Shown here: piece by piece, positions 44,971 through 52,566 of the stretch | How positions within the stretch are numbered: the stretch's first letter is position 1 | Layout: every line of letters begins with the position of its first letter | Source: a virus | Virus record (IMG/VR): IMGVR_UViG_3300024259_000034 | Length of the DNA stretch: 59,774 nucleotides | Strand: one strand, 5' to 3' | Program-made: the position numbers and the translations under genes | Notes under the pieces: generated by a model | Told to the model about the DNA's origin: nothing | The model's input: only the letters and a program-made list of their open reading frames with translations | The model's database searches: none

Positions 44971-45100
44971 TGCCCCGGCAGGATTCGATACCTGCAACCC
45001 TACTAACTCCGGAGATTTCGGGAGCTGCTACCGGATAACCATTGTTATCACTCACACGCTTTAATTCTCCCATCTTCAATGCGACTTCAGCCACGGGGCA
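44971..45100 (-). ncRNA. ~130-nt tRNA-like structured RNA, copy A
   Basis: 7-bp terminal helix TGCCCCG/CGGGGCA, an adjacent T-arm-like hairpin GCAGG-TATCGAAT-CCTGC, and a GCTG...CAGC helix. It fills the gap between two CDSs. Confidence 0.5.
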
Positions 45101-45108
45101 GCATCTGG

Positions 45109-45411
45109 TTATATCAATTTGTTGTGCTTATACGGACGCTTCAGATTTACTGCGTGTTTTTCACCAATTTCAGAATCCAAATCGATCCCAAAATGTTCAG
45201 CTAGATCAAACACCCTAATTGCTGTATCTGCCAATTCTTCAGCAAAATTTACATTGTCACCTTTCCGAAATGCCTCAAGTGCTTCTGAAACCTCAGAATG
45301 AATTAGGCATAATTTTTCTGGAACATCTGACCACCCCTTTCCTTCCCAAAAGCCGTGTTTAACTGAATTGTCGTGGACTTCCTTTTGCCATTCTCTGATC
45401 GTTTTAGGCAT
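45109..45411 (-). CDS. MazG-like nucleotide pyrophosphohydrolase
   Basis: LIHSEVSEALEAFRKG...EELADTAIRVFDLAEHFGIDL. Confidence 0.75.
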   Translation of the reverse strand: MPKTIREWQKEVHDNSVKHGFWEGKGWSDVPEKLCLIHSEVSEALEAFRKGDNVNFAEELADTAIRVFDLAEHFGIDLDSEIGEKHAVNLKRPYKHNKLI

Positions 45412-45442
45412 TGTTTCTCCTGTTAAATAAGTAGAATTATAA

Positions 45443-45661
45443 CTACACTTTGGCTTTGAATAATACGGCAGCTCGATTCGCTGCTAGTTGTATTTTTTCA
45501 ACTTCAGAAGATTCCCCTTCATCCTTATCATTCCAATCGGATGTGTGGTGGTACCCTTTACCAGCCGTTGCGACTGCCGAAAGTATTTCATCAATGCACC
45601 TTACTCCGGTTTCGGTAAAATCATAATAATAAGCATCCATCCTTAATTTTTCTTCACTCAT
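45443..45661 (-). CDS. hypothetical protein
   Basis: 72-aa ORF. Confidence 0.5.
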   Translation of the reverse strand: MSEEKLRMDAYYYDFTETGVRCIDEILSAVATAGKGYHHTSDWNDKDEGESSEVEKIQLAANRAAVLFKAKV

Positions 45662-45887
45662 CCTTCACTCCGTTTGGTTTCATTTCTCTTGCTGCTCTAA
45701 ATCCGCATATATAACCAGCAAACACTTTCGCTTCTTCTGACTCCCATGCTTTGTTAACATTTTCAAAGCGGTATGGGGGATTTTTCTGACCTGCCTTGTA
45801 CGCTTCTTCCATATCCTCAAAAGTATATAAATCTTCTGGGTGCAGATCCTCTCTAGTATATGTTAAAACCCATTCTTCAGGTGTCAT
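45654..45887 (-). CDS. hypothetical protein
   Basis: 77-aa ORF. Confidence 0.5.
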   Translation of the reverse strand: MTPEEWVLTYTREDLHPEDLYTFEDMEEAYKAGQKNPPYRFENVNKAWESEEAKVFAGYICGFRAAREMKPNGVKDE

Positions 45888-46236
45888 CCTTCGCTCCGTT
45901 TGGTTTCTCTATGATTGGAAAATTAAAGCGGTTCACAACATCAGGAAAGTGTTCCTGAAATTCTCTAACCATCTGGTCGAACTCAAGCAAATCCTCATAG
46001 AAAAAAACGCTATTGCTCCCTGGTCTTTTATCTATTGAGTAATCCCAGAATGCTAAAGCAGTCCAGCCGTCTTTTTGATGAAGCTCAGTTATACCTTGAT
46101 CTCTGGTTCCATCGGGGCACAATCCACCATCTATTTTCCCCCAAGGCAAAAACCGCCAATCTAAAGAGCGACCACCTTTTGGGTCATGTAGATAATGGCC
46201 AACTTCTCCCCTGCATCCAAAGTAATAAATTCTCAT
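45877..46236 (-). CDS. hypothetical protein
   Basis: 119-aa ORF. Confidence 0.55.
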   Translation of the reverse strand: MRIYYFGCRGEVGHYLHDPKGGRSLDWRFLPWGKIDGGLCPDGTRDQGITELHQKDGWTALAFWDYSIDKRPGSNSVFFYEDLLEFDQMVREFQEHFPDVVNRFNFPIIEKPNGAKDDT

Positions 46237-46268
46237 AATCCCCCGTTGTAGTTATAGTTTAGTTGTAG

Positions 46269-46466
46269 CTACACTTTAACTGTTCCTGTACCGTCACACT
46301 TTCCGCAAGTTGTCCCGGCTACTCTATGCAATTCGTCGTGCCCGCATACTGGACAACCAAGCCTTCCAGTTTCGCCGGCAACTGCACCAATGAAGCCATG
46401 ATCAGGGTTATCACATATTTCTTGCCCAGTCCCGTTACATTCATCGCATTCTATTTCTTCACTCAT
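46269..46466 (-). CDS. DnaJ-type CxxCxGxG zinc-finger miniprotein
   Basis: Carries CDECNGTG, CPVCGH and CGKCDGTG. Confidence 0.6.
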   Translation of the reverse strand: MSEEIECDECNGTGQEICDNPDHGFIGAVAGETGRLGCPVCGHDELHRVAGTTCGKCDGTGTVKV

Positions 46467-46488
46467 CCTTCACAATCTCCGTTTGGTT

Positions 46489-46632
46489 TTACGGATATTC
46501 ATCTGCGTAACTTTGACGAATTATCTCGTTATGGTACTCATCAACATTCATTTTTACAGACCAAAGAAAAATACTAAAACCTATTGATCCAATAAAGCCC
46601 CTTATCTTTTCAACTAATAATTGTTTCCCCAT
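46489..46632 (-). CDS. small hypothetical protein (47 aa)
   Basis: My own translation gives MGKQLLVEKIRGFIGSIGFSIFLWSVKMNVDEYHNEIIRQSYADEYP, behind the RBS GGGAGAAAA. Confidence 0.35.
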   Translation of the reverse strand: MGKQLLVEKIRGFIGSIGFSIFLWSVKMNVDEYHNEIIRQSYADEYP

Positions 46633-46657
46633 AATTTTCTCCCAATGTAGTTATTGA

Positions 46658-46789
46658 ACCGCTGACAGGATTTGAACCTGCGCCTAGTGTTACAGTCGCA
46701 CACCAGTTTTACCTTTTTTCGTCACAGTCAGCGTCCTGACCTTTACCTACTTGTTTCAAGGCACGATTACCAGACTCTCGCACAGCGGT
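46658..46789 (-). ncRNA. ~132-nt tRNA-like structured RNA, copy B
   Basis: Acceptor-like helix ACCGCTG/CAGCGGT, U8, D arm CGA-GAGTCTGGTAA-TCG, and a canonical T arm GCAGG-TTCAAAT-CCTGT. About 80 nt of extra hairpins replace a normal anticodon/variable region. Confidence 0.5.
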
Positions 46790-46826
46790 ATTTTCTCCAA
46801 TTGTGGTTATAATATCGGTTATAATT

Positions 46827-47084
46827 TTACCACCAAATTTTTGAATAAGAACACTCACTCCTGATCTCTCTTCTGATCAAATCGGGAGTCATCCTGAATT
46901 CTGCAGCCTTCTCTTCAATCGAATCAGGACCCCAAAGCGACCAACATGCCTTGTAGCTTCTTCCTCCCGTTTCAATCACCTTACAATTCGCATTAATTGG
47001 GAACCGATAAAATATCTTATATCTCTCTACTTCAGTAAAACTGGACAGGATAAACACAGCCAGCAGCAATAATATCTTTCTCAT
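46827..47084 (-). CDS. small secreted protein (signal peptide)
   Basis: MRKILLLLAVFILSS is signal-like. Confidence 0.5.
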   Translation of the reverse strand: MRKILLLLAVFILSSFTEVERYKIFYRFPINANCKVIETGGRSYKACWSLWGPDSIEEKAAEFRMTPDLIRREIRSECSYSKIWW

Positions 47085-47093
47085 CTTTACCCC

Positions 47094-47351
47094 CTACGGA
47101 GTGTCAGAAATGCCACAGTCGAATCCCAGGAATTCGTCAACTTCATTTAACCCATTGGTATCACTCAGAATCTGCTCCCTTGTTTTCGGCTTTAGCTCAA
47201 TCCTATTAATCACTCCACCAGCGCACAAAAACTCTTCAACCGCCATCTCTAAGAATGATCTGGATGGATTAAATGCAGCGAGTCCTCTTTTCCGGCCTCT
47301 TTTCATCATTTTCGATTCGATTATATCAACATTATCAGCTTTGCCCATCAC
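47094..47351 (-). CDS. hypothetical protein
   Basis: 85-aa ORF. Confidence 0.5.
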   Translation of the reverse strand: MMGKADNVDIIESKMMKRGRKRGLAAFNPSRSFLEMAVEEFLCAGGVINRIELKPKTREQILSDTNGLNEVDEFLGFDCGISDTP

Positions 47352-47863
47352 TCCTCCAAAATGAATAGGGTTTCGTTTTCGGGTATGTTCACCATCTTAA
47401 AGTCATACCATATTTTGATTTTGATCTTTTCCCACAAATACGGTTTGATCTTTAGATCCTGACGATATTCCGGATCGATGTTCAACCGATAGGATCTGTT
47501 AGGATGCAGCATTAATGTCGCCTGAATCGTCGCTAGATCCATTGGACTGCTTTCCTTATGGATTGTATAAGTCATTCCGTCGAGATGGTCAAGAACTCGA
47601 TTGTGTTGAACTGGAATCGAGGAGTACAAATAAATCTTCTGCGCCGGATTCCAGGCCTTCAATCTTTTTATTATAGTCAAAGTTCTTTCTGGATCGAGCA
47701 TCGGTTCGCCACCAGTTATCAAAACCATATCGTAATGGCCTATCGTCTTTAAATCTTCAGGCTTTATACAATATCCCTGATCCATAATCCTCGGCACTTT
47801 GTTGACGCAAAACTCGCAATCTCGAATGCAGTCAAACGTCGTGATCAGTCTCGCGATCTTCAT
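47348..47863 (-). CDS. small radical-SAM protein (QueE/NrdG-sized)
   Basis: CIRDCEFC is a CxxxCxxC cluster motif, and LITGGEPML is a SAM-binding motif. The ATG at 47863 forms an ATGA overlap. Confidence 0.7.
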   Translation of the reverse strand: MKIARLITTFDCIRDCEFCVNKVPRIMDQGYCIKPEDLKTIGHYDMVLITGGEPMLDPERTLTIIKRLKAWNPAQKIYLYSSIPVQHNRVLDHLDGMTYTIHKESSPMDLATIQATLMLHPNRSYRLNIDPEYRQDLKIKPYLWEKIKIKIWYDFKMVNIPENETLFILEE

Positions 47864-48045
47864 ACAACCCATCCGTGAAATTCCGTGTGCGCTGCAAAAC
47901 TGACGGCATCGATCTCTTTTTCAAACTCCTCCTGATCAATGGCCTCGGTTTGACAAAAATCGTCAATCGTTTCTTTTACACATCCGCAGAACTCCAGGCA
48001 GTTTTCAATCTCTCCCTGCAGGAGTGCTTTTTGTTCTTCGGTCAT
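47860..48045 (-). CDS. hypothetical protein
   Basis: 61-aa ORF. Confidence 0.45.
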   Translation of the reverse strand: MTEEQKALLQGEIENCLEFCGCVKETIDDFCQTEAIDQEEFEKEIDAVSFAAHTEFHGWVV

Positions 48046-48215
48046 TCTACCTCCAAAACGGTTATCGTACCGTCATCTGAATCAATTTCAACACTCAGAT
48101 ATTCGCCATATTCCACATACTTTTTGGCAATCTCTCTGATCTTGTCGGCATCTTCGTCATTATCCGGCAATTGATCGAGAACATCTGGCGTTTTAAAAGT
48201 CAATACCATTTTCAT
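48042..48215 (-). CDS. small acidic hypothetical protein (57 aa)
   Basis: My own translation gives MKMVLTFKTPDVLDQLPDNDEDADKIREIAKKYVEYGEYLSVEIDSDDGTITVLEVE. The RBS is GAGGAGGGGAA, and there are ATGA overlaps at both ends. Confidence 0.5.
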   Translation of the reverse strand: MKMVLTFKTPDVLDQLPDNDEDADKIREIAKKYVEYGEYLSVEIDSDDGTITVLEVE

Positions 48216-48427
48216 TTCCCCTCCTCTCTCGCCATATACTCCTCGGCGTTGATTATGTCTTTGATCCCTGAATGTGGGCTATTCGGGGAACCGTCCCACA
48301 AAATCACTGAATACAAAAACAGTTTGCTTTTGAATATCAAATTCAATCGCTTCACCAGCCCTCTGTTCGTTTTATAAAGGCCGATACATTTTTCATCTCG
48401 ACTGATTTCATAAAACTGTCTGGCCAT
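48212..48427 (-). CDS. hypothetical protein
   Basis: 71-aa ORF. Confidence 0.45.
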   Translation of the reverse strand: MARQFYEISRDEKCIGLYKTNRGLVKRLNLIFKSKLFLYSVILWDGSPNSPHSGIKDIINAEEYMAREEGK

Positions 48428-48825
48428 TATGCCCCCATCCTTCTTTCGGCTGCTCGTTCAGCCTCATATTCCCACATTTCAGAGTGGTACTCGTTTAACA
48501 TCTTAATATCTTCAGGATCTATCAACTCAGGAACAACTCGGTTTCCATTGCATTCGGCACAAACAACATCGTAGACACCTGAAAAATACGATTCTTTGAA
48601 TTCCTCATCTTCAAAATCGCTGGCTGTCAATCCGTCGCAGTCGATACTCGGATTAACGTGTGAACCCTTTCCGTCGCATGTCGGACAGACAGTCCAGCGA
48701 AATTTAACCTCGACCGGCTCTTCATATTCGAGACGCATCGTGCAGGTCATGTTCTGCTCGTCGATATCGGTAAAAACCTCTTCACGTTCTCCGGCTCTTA
48801 CTCTGTGATCGTCGTAGTAACTCAT
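48427..48825 (-). CDS. DnaJ-type zinc-finger protein
   Basis: Carries CPTCDGKG and CAECNGNR. Confidence 0.55.
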   Translation of the reverse strand: MSYYDDHRVRAGEREEVFTDIDEQNMTCTMRLEYEEPVEVKFRWTVCPTCDGKGSHVNPSIDCDGLTASDFEDEEFKESYFSGVYDVVCAECNGNRVVPELIDPEDIKMLNEYHSEMWEYEAERAAERRMGA

Positions 48826-48834
48826 TTTCTCCTC

Positions 48835-49017
48835 CTATGCTTGTTCAAACAGTTTTTCAGCAGATTCCTTGTGATCGCGGTATTTCTTCATGATCAACCG
48901 ACCGCCACCGTCAGGATGTAAAGTGACAACTTTCACCATGTACGCTTCGTGGATTTCCCAAAGTTCGATTCTGTGACAATTATTCCATTTCATGTTCAGC
49001 AGTTTCGTTCGACTCAT
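48835..49017 (-). CDS. hypothetical protein
   Basis: Start trimmed to MSRTKLL, which forms an ATGA overlap. Confidence 0.45.
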   Translation of the reverse strand: MSRTKLLNMKWNNCHRIELWEIHEAYMVKVVTLHPDGGGRLIMKKYRDHKESAEKLFEQA

Positions 49018-49208
49018 TTTCCCCTCCTGATTTTTCCGTCTTTTAAGTAAATCCACTTGGTTTCGTAGCAATCGTCATTTACACATTCCAGCAATTGTTT
49101 CAGACCTACTGGATAGACACCGGCTAATATCGGACAACCTTGGCTTAATGCGGGTTGCCAGCTATGCGCCTTTGATTCCTTTTTGCAAGCTGAATACGGT
49201 TTGTTCAT
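49014..49208 (-). CDS. hypothetical protein (alternative leaderless start at 49247)
   Basis: First ORF after promoter repeat copy 3. Confidence 0.5.
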   Translation of the reverse strand: MNKPYSACKKESKAHSWQPALSQGCPILAGVYPVGLKQLLECVNDDCYETKWIYLKDGKIRRGK

Positions 49209-49257
49209 TTTAAAGCCTTTTTTCGAGTTTTTGGTTTTTTTAGTCATACCTCTAACA

Positions 49258-49274
49258 ATGCAGACGGTATGCCA
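49258..49274 (-). promoter_or_regulatory. sigma-54-type -24/-12 promoter element, repeat copy 3
   Basis: Minus strand reads aTGGCATaccgtCTGCATtg, followed by GGTATGACTAAAAAAACC. Confidence 0.5.
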
Positions 49275-49343
49275 TAAAACCATAAGTCTCGAAACATAGG
49301 ATTGATAGTTCCTGGAGGAGTCCATCGCATTTGCAATCTGATA

Positions 49344-49811
49344 TTATTCAACTTTCCCCGGCAATTGATTCCGGGCTTTATCGGCATATTGTTCCCCTTT
49401 CTTCACCTTCTCGAAATAGAAAACACCGTCGAAGGGATGGAATTCAATGACTCCGTAATCTCTGGCAACCTTCACCAAATAGTCATTCATTACTCTCTGA
49501 TGTATGGTGGTAAGCAGCATTCGGAAGTATCCCAACTTCGTGGCCCTTTTGTATCCATTGCATCGGCGACAGGCCGGCATAAGATTATCATCAAAATTCG
49601 CATCATTAGGATCACTAAAATTTCTTACCGGAACCAAATGATCGACCTCCATCTCTCCATAATCTAAACCCTTGCCACAGTAAGCACAGCGACCGTCGTA
49701 TTTTTTGTAAATCTCCATTCTCTGATCTTTAGTCAATTGCTTTGGTCGTTTTCGCTTCTTATCCGCTTTTGATTTCTTTAATCCTGGCTTTGGGAATGCT
49801 GGTTTTTCCAT
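49344..49811 (-). CDS. HNH endonuclease
   Basis: CAYCGK...EVDHLVP...NLMPACRRCN. Confidence 0.8.
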   Translation of the reverse strand: MEKPAFPKPGLKKSKADKKRKRPKQLTKDQRMEIYKKYDGRCAYCGKGLDYGEMEVDHLVPVRNFSDPNDANFDDNLMPACRRCNGYKRATKLGYFRMLLTTIHQRVMNDYLVKVARDYGVIEFHPFDGVFYFEKVKKGEQYADKARNQLPGKVE

Positions 49812-50242
49812 GTTCTGTTTTTTATTATATTATTTATTGAGGAAGTACAGACTCCAAAAATAACCGAAAGCTCATGTTGGAAATATGAACCTGTTCCATA
49901 CATATCTCTAATTTCATTTGCTTTTTCCAAATTCAACGTGGTGTTCCGTCTTTTCTTTGCGTTTTCTGAGAATGGAATAAAACAACAATTAGATGGCTCA
50001 TAATTTCTTTCATTATCAATGCGGTCAATAGTGAGATCATCTCGGTATCCATTTGCCAAAGCCCAATCTCGAAAGGGGATGTATGCGCTCCATTCATCGC
50101 AATATCTTATCCCTCTTCCGCCGTAATTTTTATATTCAGGACTATTTTTATTTCTGCATCTGGTTTTCATCGCTCCCCAAATATTGTAAAGCCTCGTCCC
50201 AATTTCACCGTGGAATGTTGGTTTCTCAATCTCATTTTTCAT
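49778..50242 (-). CDS. AP2/HNH-like DNA-binding (homing-endonuclease-like) protein
   Basis: RLYNIWGAMKTRC...YGGRGIRYCDEW...TIDRIDNERNYEPSNC is a pattern common in phage HNH_3/AP2 proteins. Confidence 0.55.
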   Translation of the reverse strand: MKNEIEKPTFHGEIGTRLYNIWGAMKTRCRNKNSPEYKNYGGRGIRYCDEWSAYIPFRDWALANGYRDDLTIDRIDNERNYEPSNCCFIPFSENAKKRRNTTLNLEKANEIRDMYGTGSYFQHELSVIFGVCTSSINNIIKNRTWKNQHSQSQD

Positions 50243-50592
50243 ATCATCCCCTTCAGCCAATCTTCAAACAGCTTCTTTTCTGCAAATGTTTTCCTTGCCC
50301 AGAGAAGGCCGAACTCTTCTGGATCAAACGCTGCCAGCTTATTAATGATCCCGGCTGCACTCTCTCCTTTATCTCTCGGGACATAAAACGAACACTGCGT
50401 ATTGCTCAATCCGTCCTCACTTCGCTGGATCATCTTATGCAGAATCGATTCCTTATTATTGCATTCATCGTAATTCCAGAGCATATGGGCATCCCAACAG
50501 GGACAACCATTTTTCGGATGTTGATGAACACATTTATCACAGTATGCAGCCTCGTAGCTGCAACCTTCTGAACCATTGCTAAAATATCCCAT
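50239..50592 (-). CDS. hypothetical Cys-rich protein
   Basis: 117-aa ORF. Confidence 0.5.
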   Translation of the reverse strand: MGYFSNGSEGCSYEAAYCDKCVHQHPKNGCPCWDAHMLWNYDECNNKESILHKMIQRSEDGLSNTQCSFYVPRDKGESAAGIINKLAAFDPEEFGLLWARKTFAEKKLFEDWLKGMI

Positions 50593-50593
50593 G

Positions 50594-50926
50594 TCAGAAC
50601 TCCTTGCCTCCGTGTTTGTATTCTCGGCCAGAATTAAACTGAATCTTCGCGATCAACGCCTCGGCAATCTTATGACCTTTGGCATGTCCGAAATCCATTA
50701 TCCGAATAATGACATCAGCCAGCTCTTCTTCAACTGCAGAAAACTCAGGAATATGATCGCTCGGAGGATTACCATGTCTTAGACCTTCAAGGCATTCGCT
50801 CAATTCTGAGTGCATCAATGCTATCATCTCACCGTTATTCCGATCCCCCTTCCACCATCCTTTTTGAATCGCCATGTCGTTCACATATCCGGCAAGTTCA
50901 TTGTAACTTTTTATAAATCCAGTCAT
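50594..50926 (-). CDS. MazG-like nucleotide pyrophosphohydrolase (second copy)
   Basis: LMHSELSECLEGLR...EEELADVIIRIMDFG. Confidence 0.75.
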   Translation of the reverse strand: MTGFIKSYNELAGYVNDMAIQKGWWKGDRNNGEMIALMHSELSECLEGLRHGNPPSDHIPEFSAVEEELADVIIRIMDFGHAKGHKIAEALIAKIQFNSGREYKHGGKEF

Positions 50927-51135
50927 ATCCCTCTCACTTTAAGCTCATCGATCAAATCAACTCTCCCGGCTAACCATGCTTTCCTGGCGAAACTGACCAT
51001 CCCCATCGGGCCTAACATCACATAATCACGACGAGCTTCTGCATTGATCGTTTCCAGCCATGCTTTGAATTTTTCTTCTTCGTTTGCGACAATCTCTTCA
51101 TCGCCCTTCTTTTCATTGCACTTTGCACATTCCAT
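50923..51135 (-). CDS. hypothetical protein (N-terminal CxxC)
   Basis: 70-aa ORF behind the RBS AGGAGAGATT. Confidence 0.5.
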   Translation of the reverse strand: MECAKCNEKKGDEEIVANEEEKFKAWLETINAEARRDYVMLGPMGMVSFARKAWLAGRVDLIDELKVRGI

Positions 51136-51155
51136 AATCTCTCCTGATTTTGAAC

Positions 51156-51282
51156 TGCCCCGGCAGGATTTGATACCTGCACCCGCTTAGGAGTATCGCC
51201 TACTTTTATACAATTTGGATCACCTCGTTAATGTATCCATTCTCAAAAGTTTAACTTAGGGGTTTTCTTTCCCTACGGAGCA
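51156..51282 (-). ncRNA. ~127-nt tRNA-like structured RNA, copy C
   Basis: Terminal helix TGCTCCG/CGGGGCA (one G-U pair) and T-arm-like GCAGG-TATCAAAT-CCTGC. Its 3' 32 nt match copy A at 31 of 32 positions. Confidence 0.5.
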
Positions 51283-51290
51283 GCTTTCAA

Positions 51291-52205
51291 TTAAATAACT
51301 CCTCTCAAAACATCAACCAACGTCCCACCATATGTGCTTTCAGAATCGAATCCTTCGCTCATATTTCCGTCAGTCACTCTCTTGCAAATCTTTTCAAAGG
51401 CTCTCTCCTTCAGCTTTTCGATCTGGTCAATGAGATACCAGAATCTTGCAGTTCCGCCTTGGGTCCGGTGAAACAATTTGATAGTCACCTGGAACAGATC
51501 ACCTGATTTGTAGATCGGGATCGCCAAAACAAACTGAGGAGGAGGAGAAAAATTCTTCTGTCCGACTTCCTCATTCTCATAGTGCAGAATCTGCCGGCCT
51601 GATTGCGGATCGAATTTTGAGCTCAATTTCTCCTGGGCGGTAACTTTCAGATCAAGGATCATCCTCGCCAATTCCTGGGCTGAGATGTTCTCAATCTCTT
51701 TATTGTCATCGCCTTCGATCTTCCCGCACATGAAATCGGATCGGTTCTCTTCAAGGAACATCGCCAAATCTTCCTGATCGAAATGATCATTCCGGTTGCC
51801 CTTCTGGTTTCTAAACCAAGTATCGTACTGTTTCGAGAATCCCAAATTCAAAAAAGCGGTATGATCACCATAACCGGCTTTTTTATCAGCGTGGTCATTC
51901 AATATCGCCTTAATCTGGCCTCTTTCCTCATCGGCAATGATAATGGTTTCGTTGAAATCTTTGTGCTTCGAGACATACGAATTAAAGCTCTCAACCGCTG
52001 TAAATGTCCGGCTTCCGCGCTTTCTGGTTGGCCTCTCCAGTTCGTTCTGGATCGTTTGCAGATTGAATCCATTTGGCACAAGCACCGTCGTTTCCTCAAC
52101 TCCTTCCTCTCTCGGCACTTGTTTGATCTCCGCTGTTTTTCTACCAGCAGTCAGAATCGAATCTACAAAATTCGACAATACCTTCACTTCGGTAACTTCA
52201 TCCAT
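51291..52205 (-). CDS. DUF2303 (YfdQ)-like protein
   Basis: 304 aa with overall resemblance to phage YfdQ-family proteins, judged from memory. Confidence 0.4.
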   Translation of the reverse strand: MDEVTEVKVLSNFVDSILTAGRKTAEIKQVPREEGVEETTVLVPNGFNLQTIQNELERPTRKRGSRTFTAVESFNSYVSKHKDFNETIIIADEERGQIKAILNDHADKKAGYGDHTAFLNLGFSKQYDTWFRNQKGNRNDHFDQEDLAMFLEENRSDFMCGKIEGDDNKEIENISAQELARMILDLKVTAQEKLSSKFDPQSGRQILHYENEEVGQKNFSPPPQFVLAIPIYKSGDLFQVTIKLFHRTQGGTARFWYLIDQIEKLKERAFEKICKRVTDGNMSEGFDSESTYGGTLVDVLRGVI

Positions 52206-52214
52206 AATTTCTCC

Positions 52215-52559
52215 TTATGGTTTATTCACGGTTTGTTTTTCTTCTCCCTTATCAATCTTGTGGACGTTCTTAGGGTCGAACACCAATTGATCGGGATTCT
52301 CTTCATGCAAATCATTCGCATCATCGGCAAACATGATCACGCTCAACAGTCCTGTCCTCGGGATCTTTGACTTGATATCAGCCTTCACTTCGATATCATT
52401 GTTCCCTCGTCTGATAAAATCCAGGGTCAGGGTCAACTTTCCCTTCTTGGCAGTTTGCCGTACTGCCGACACAATCTTTTTTTGCTCATCTACCATCTGC
52501 TCCAATAAATCACCTAGACCGTAAGTCTCTAGGTTCTCAACAAACTTATGCTCACTCAT
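52215..52559 (-). CDS. hypothetical protein
   Basis: Start trimmed to MSEHKF behind the RBS TAGGAGGCAG. Confidence 0.5.
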   Translation of the reverse strand: MSEHKFVENLETYGLGDLLEQMVDEQKKIVSAVRQTAKKGKLTLTLDFIRRGNNDIEVKADIKSKIPRTGLLSVIMFADDANDLHEENPDQLVFDPKNVHKIDKGEEKQTVNKP

Positions 52560-52566
52560 CTGCCTC

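Noticed and set aside
44965-44996. The repeated tRNA 3'-end-like block interpreted as an attP core for integration into a host tRNA gene.
   Set aside because: The genome has no integrase, recombinase or transposase. Two same-orientation copies lie 6.2 kb apart, and each has its own complementary 5' strand, which fits a folded RNA better.
44954-45094. The 5' third of track ORF 44633..45094 (MAEVALKMGELKRV...) as coding sequence.
   Set aside because: The internal ATG at 44953 has a strong RBS. The upstream part coincides with the conserved structured RNA, whose 3' block is repeated in a non-coding gap at 51150..51181.
46658-46789. A hammerhead-type self-cleaving ribozyme inside the long tRNA-like RNAs.
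   Set aside because: I looked for a CUGANGA...GAAA core. Only near-misses are present (CTGACTG in B, CTGAAGT in A), so there is no support.
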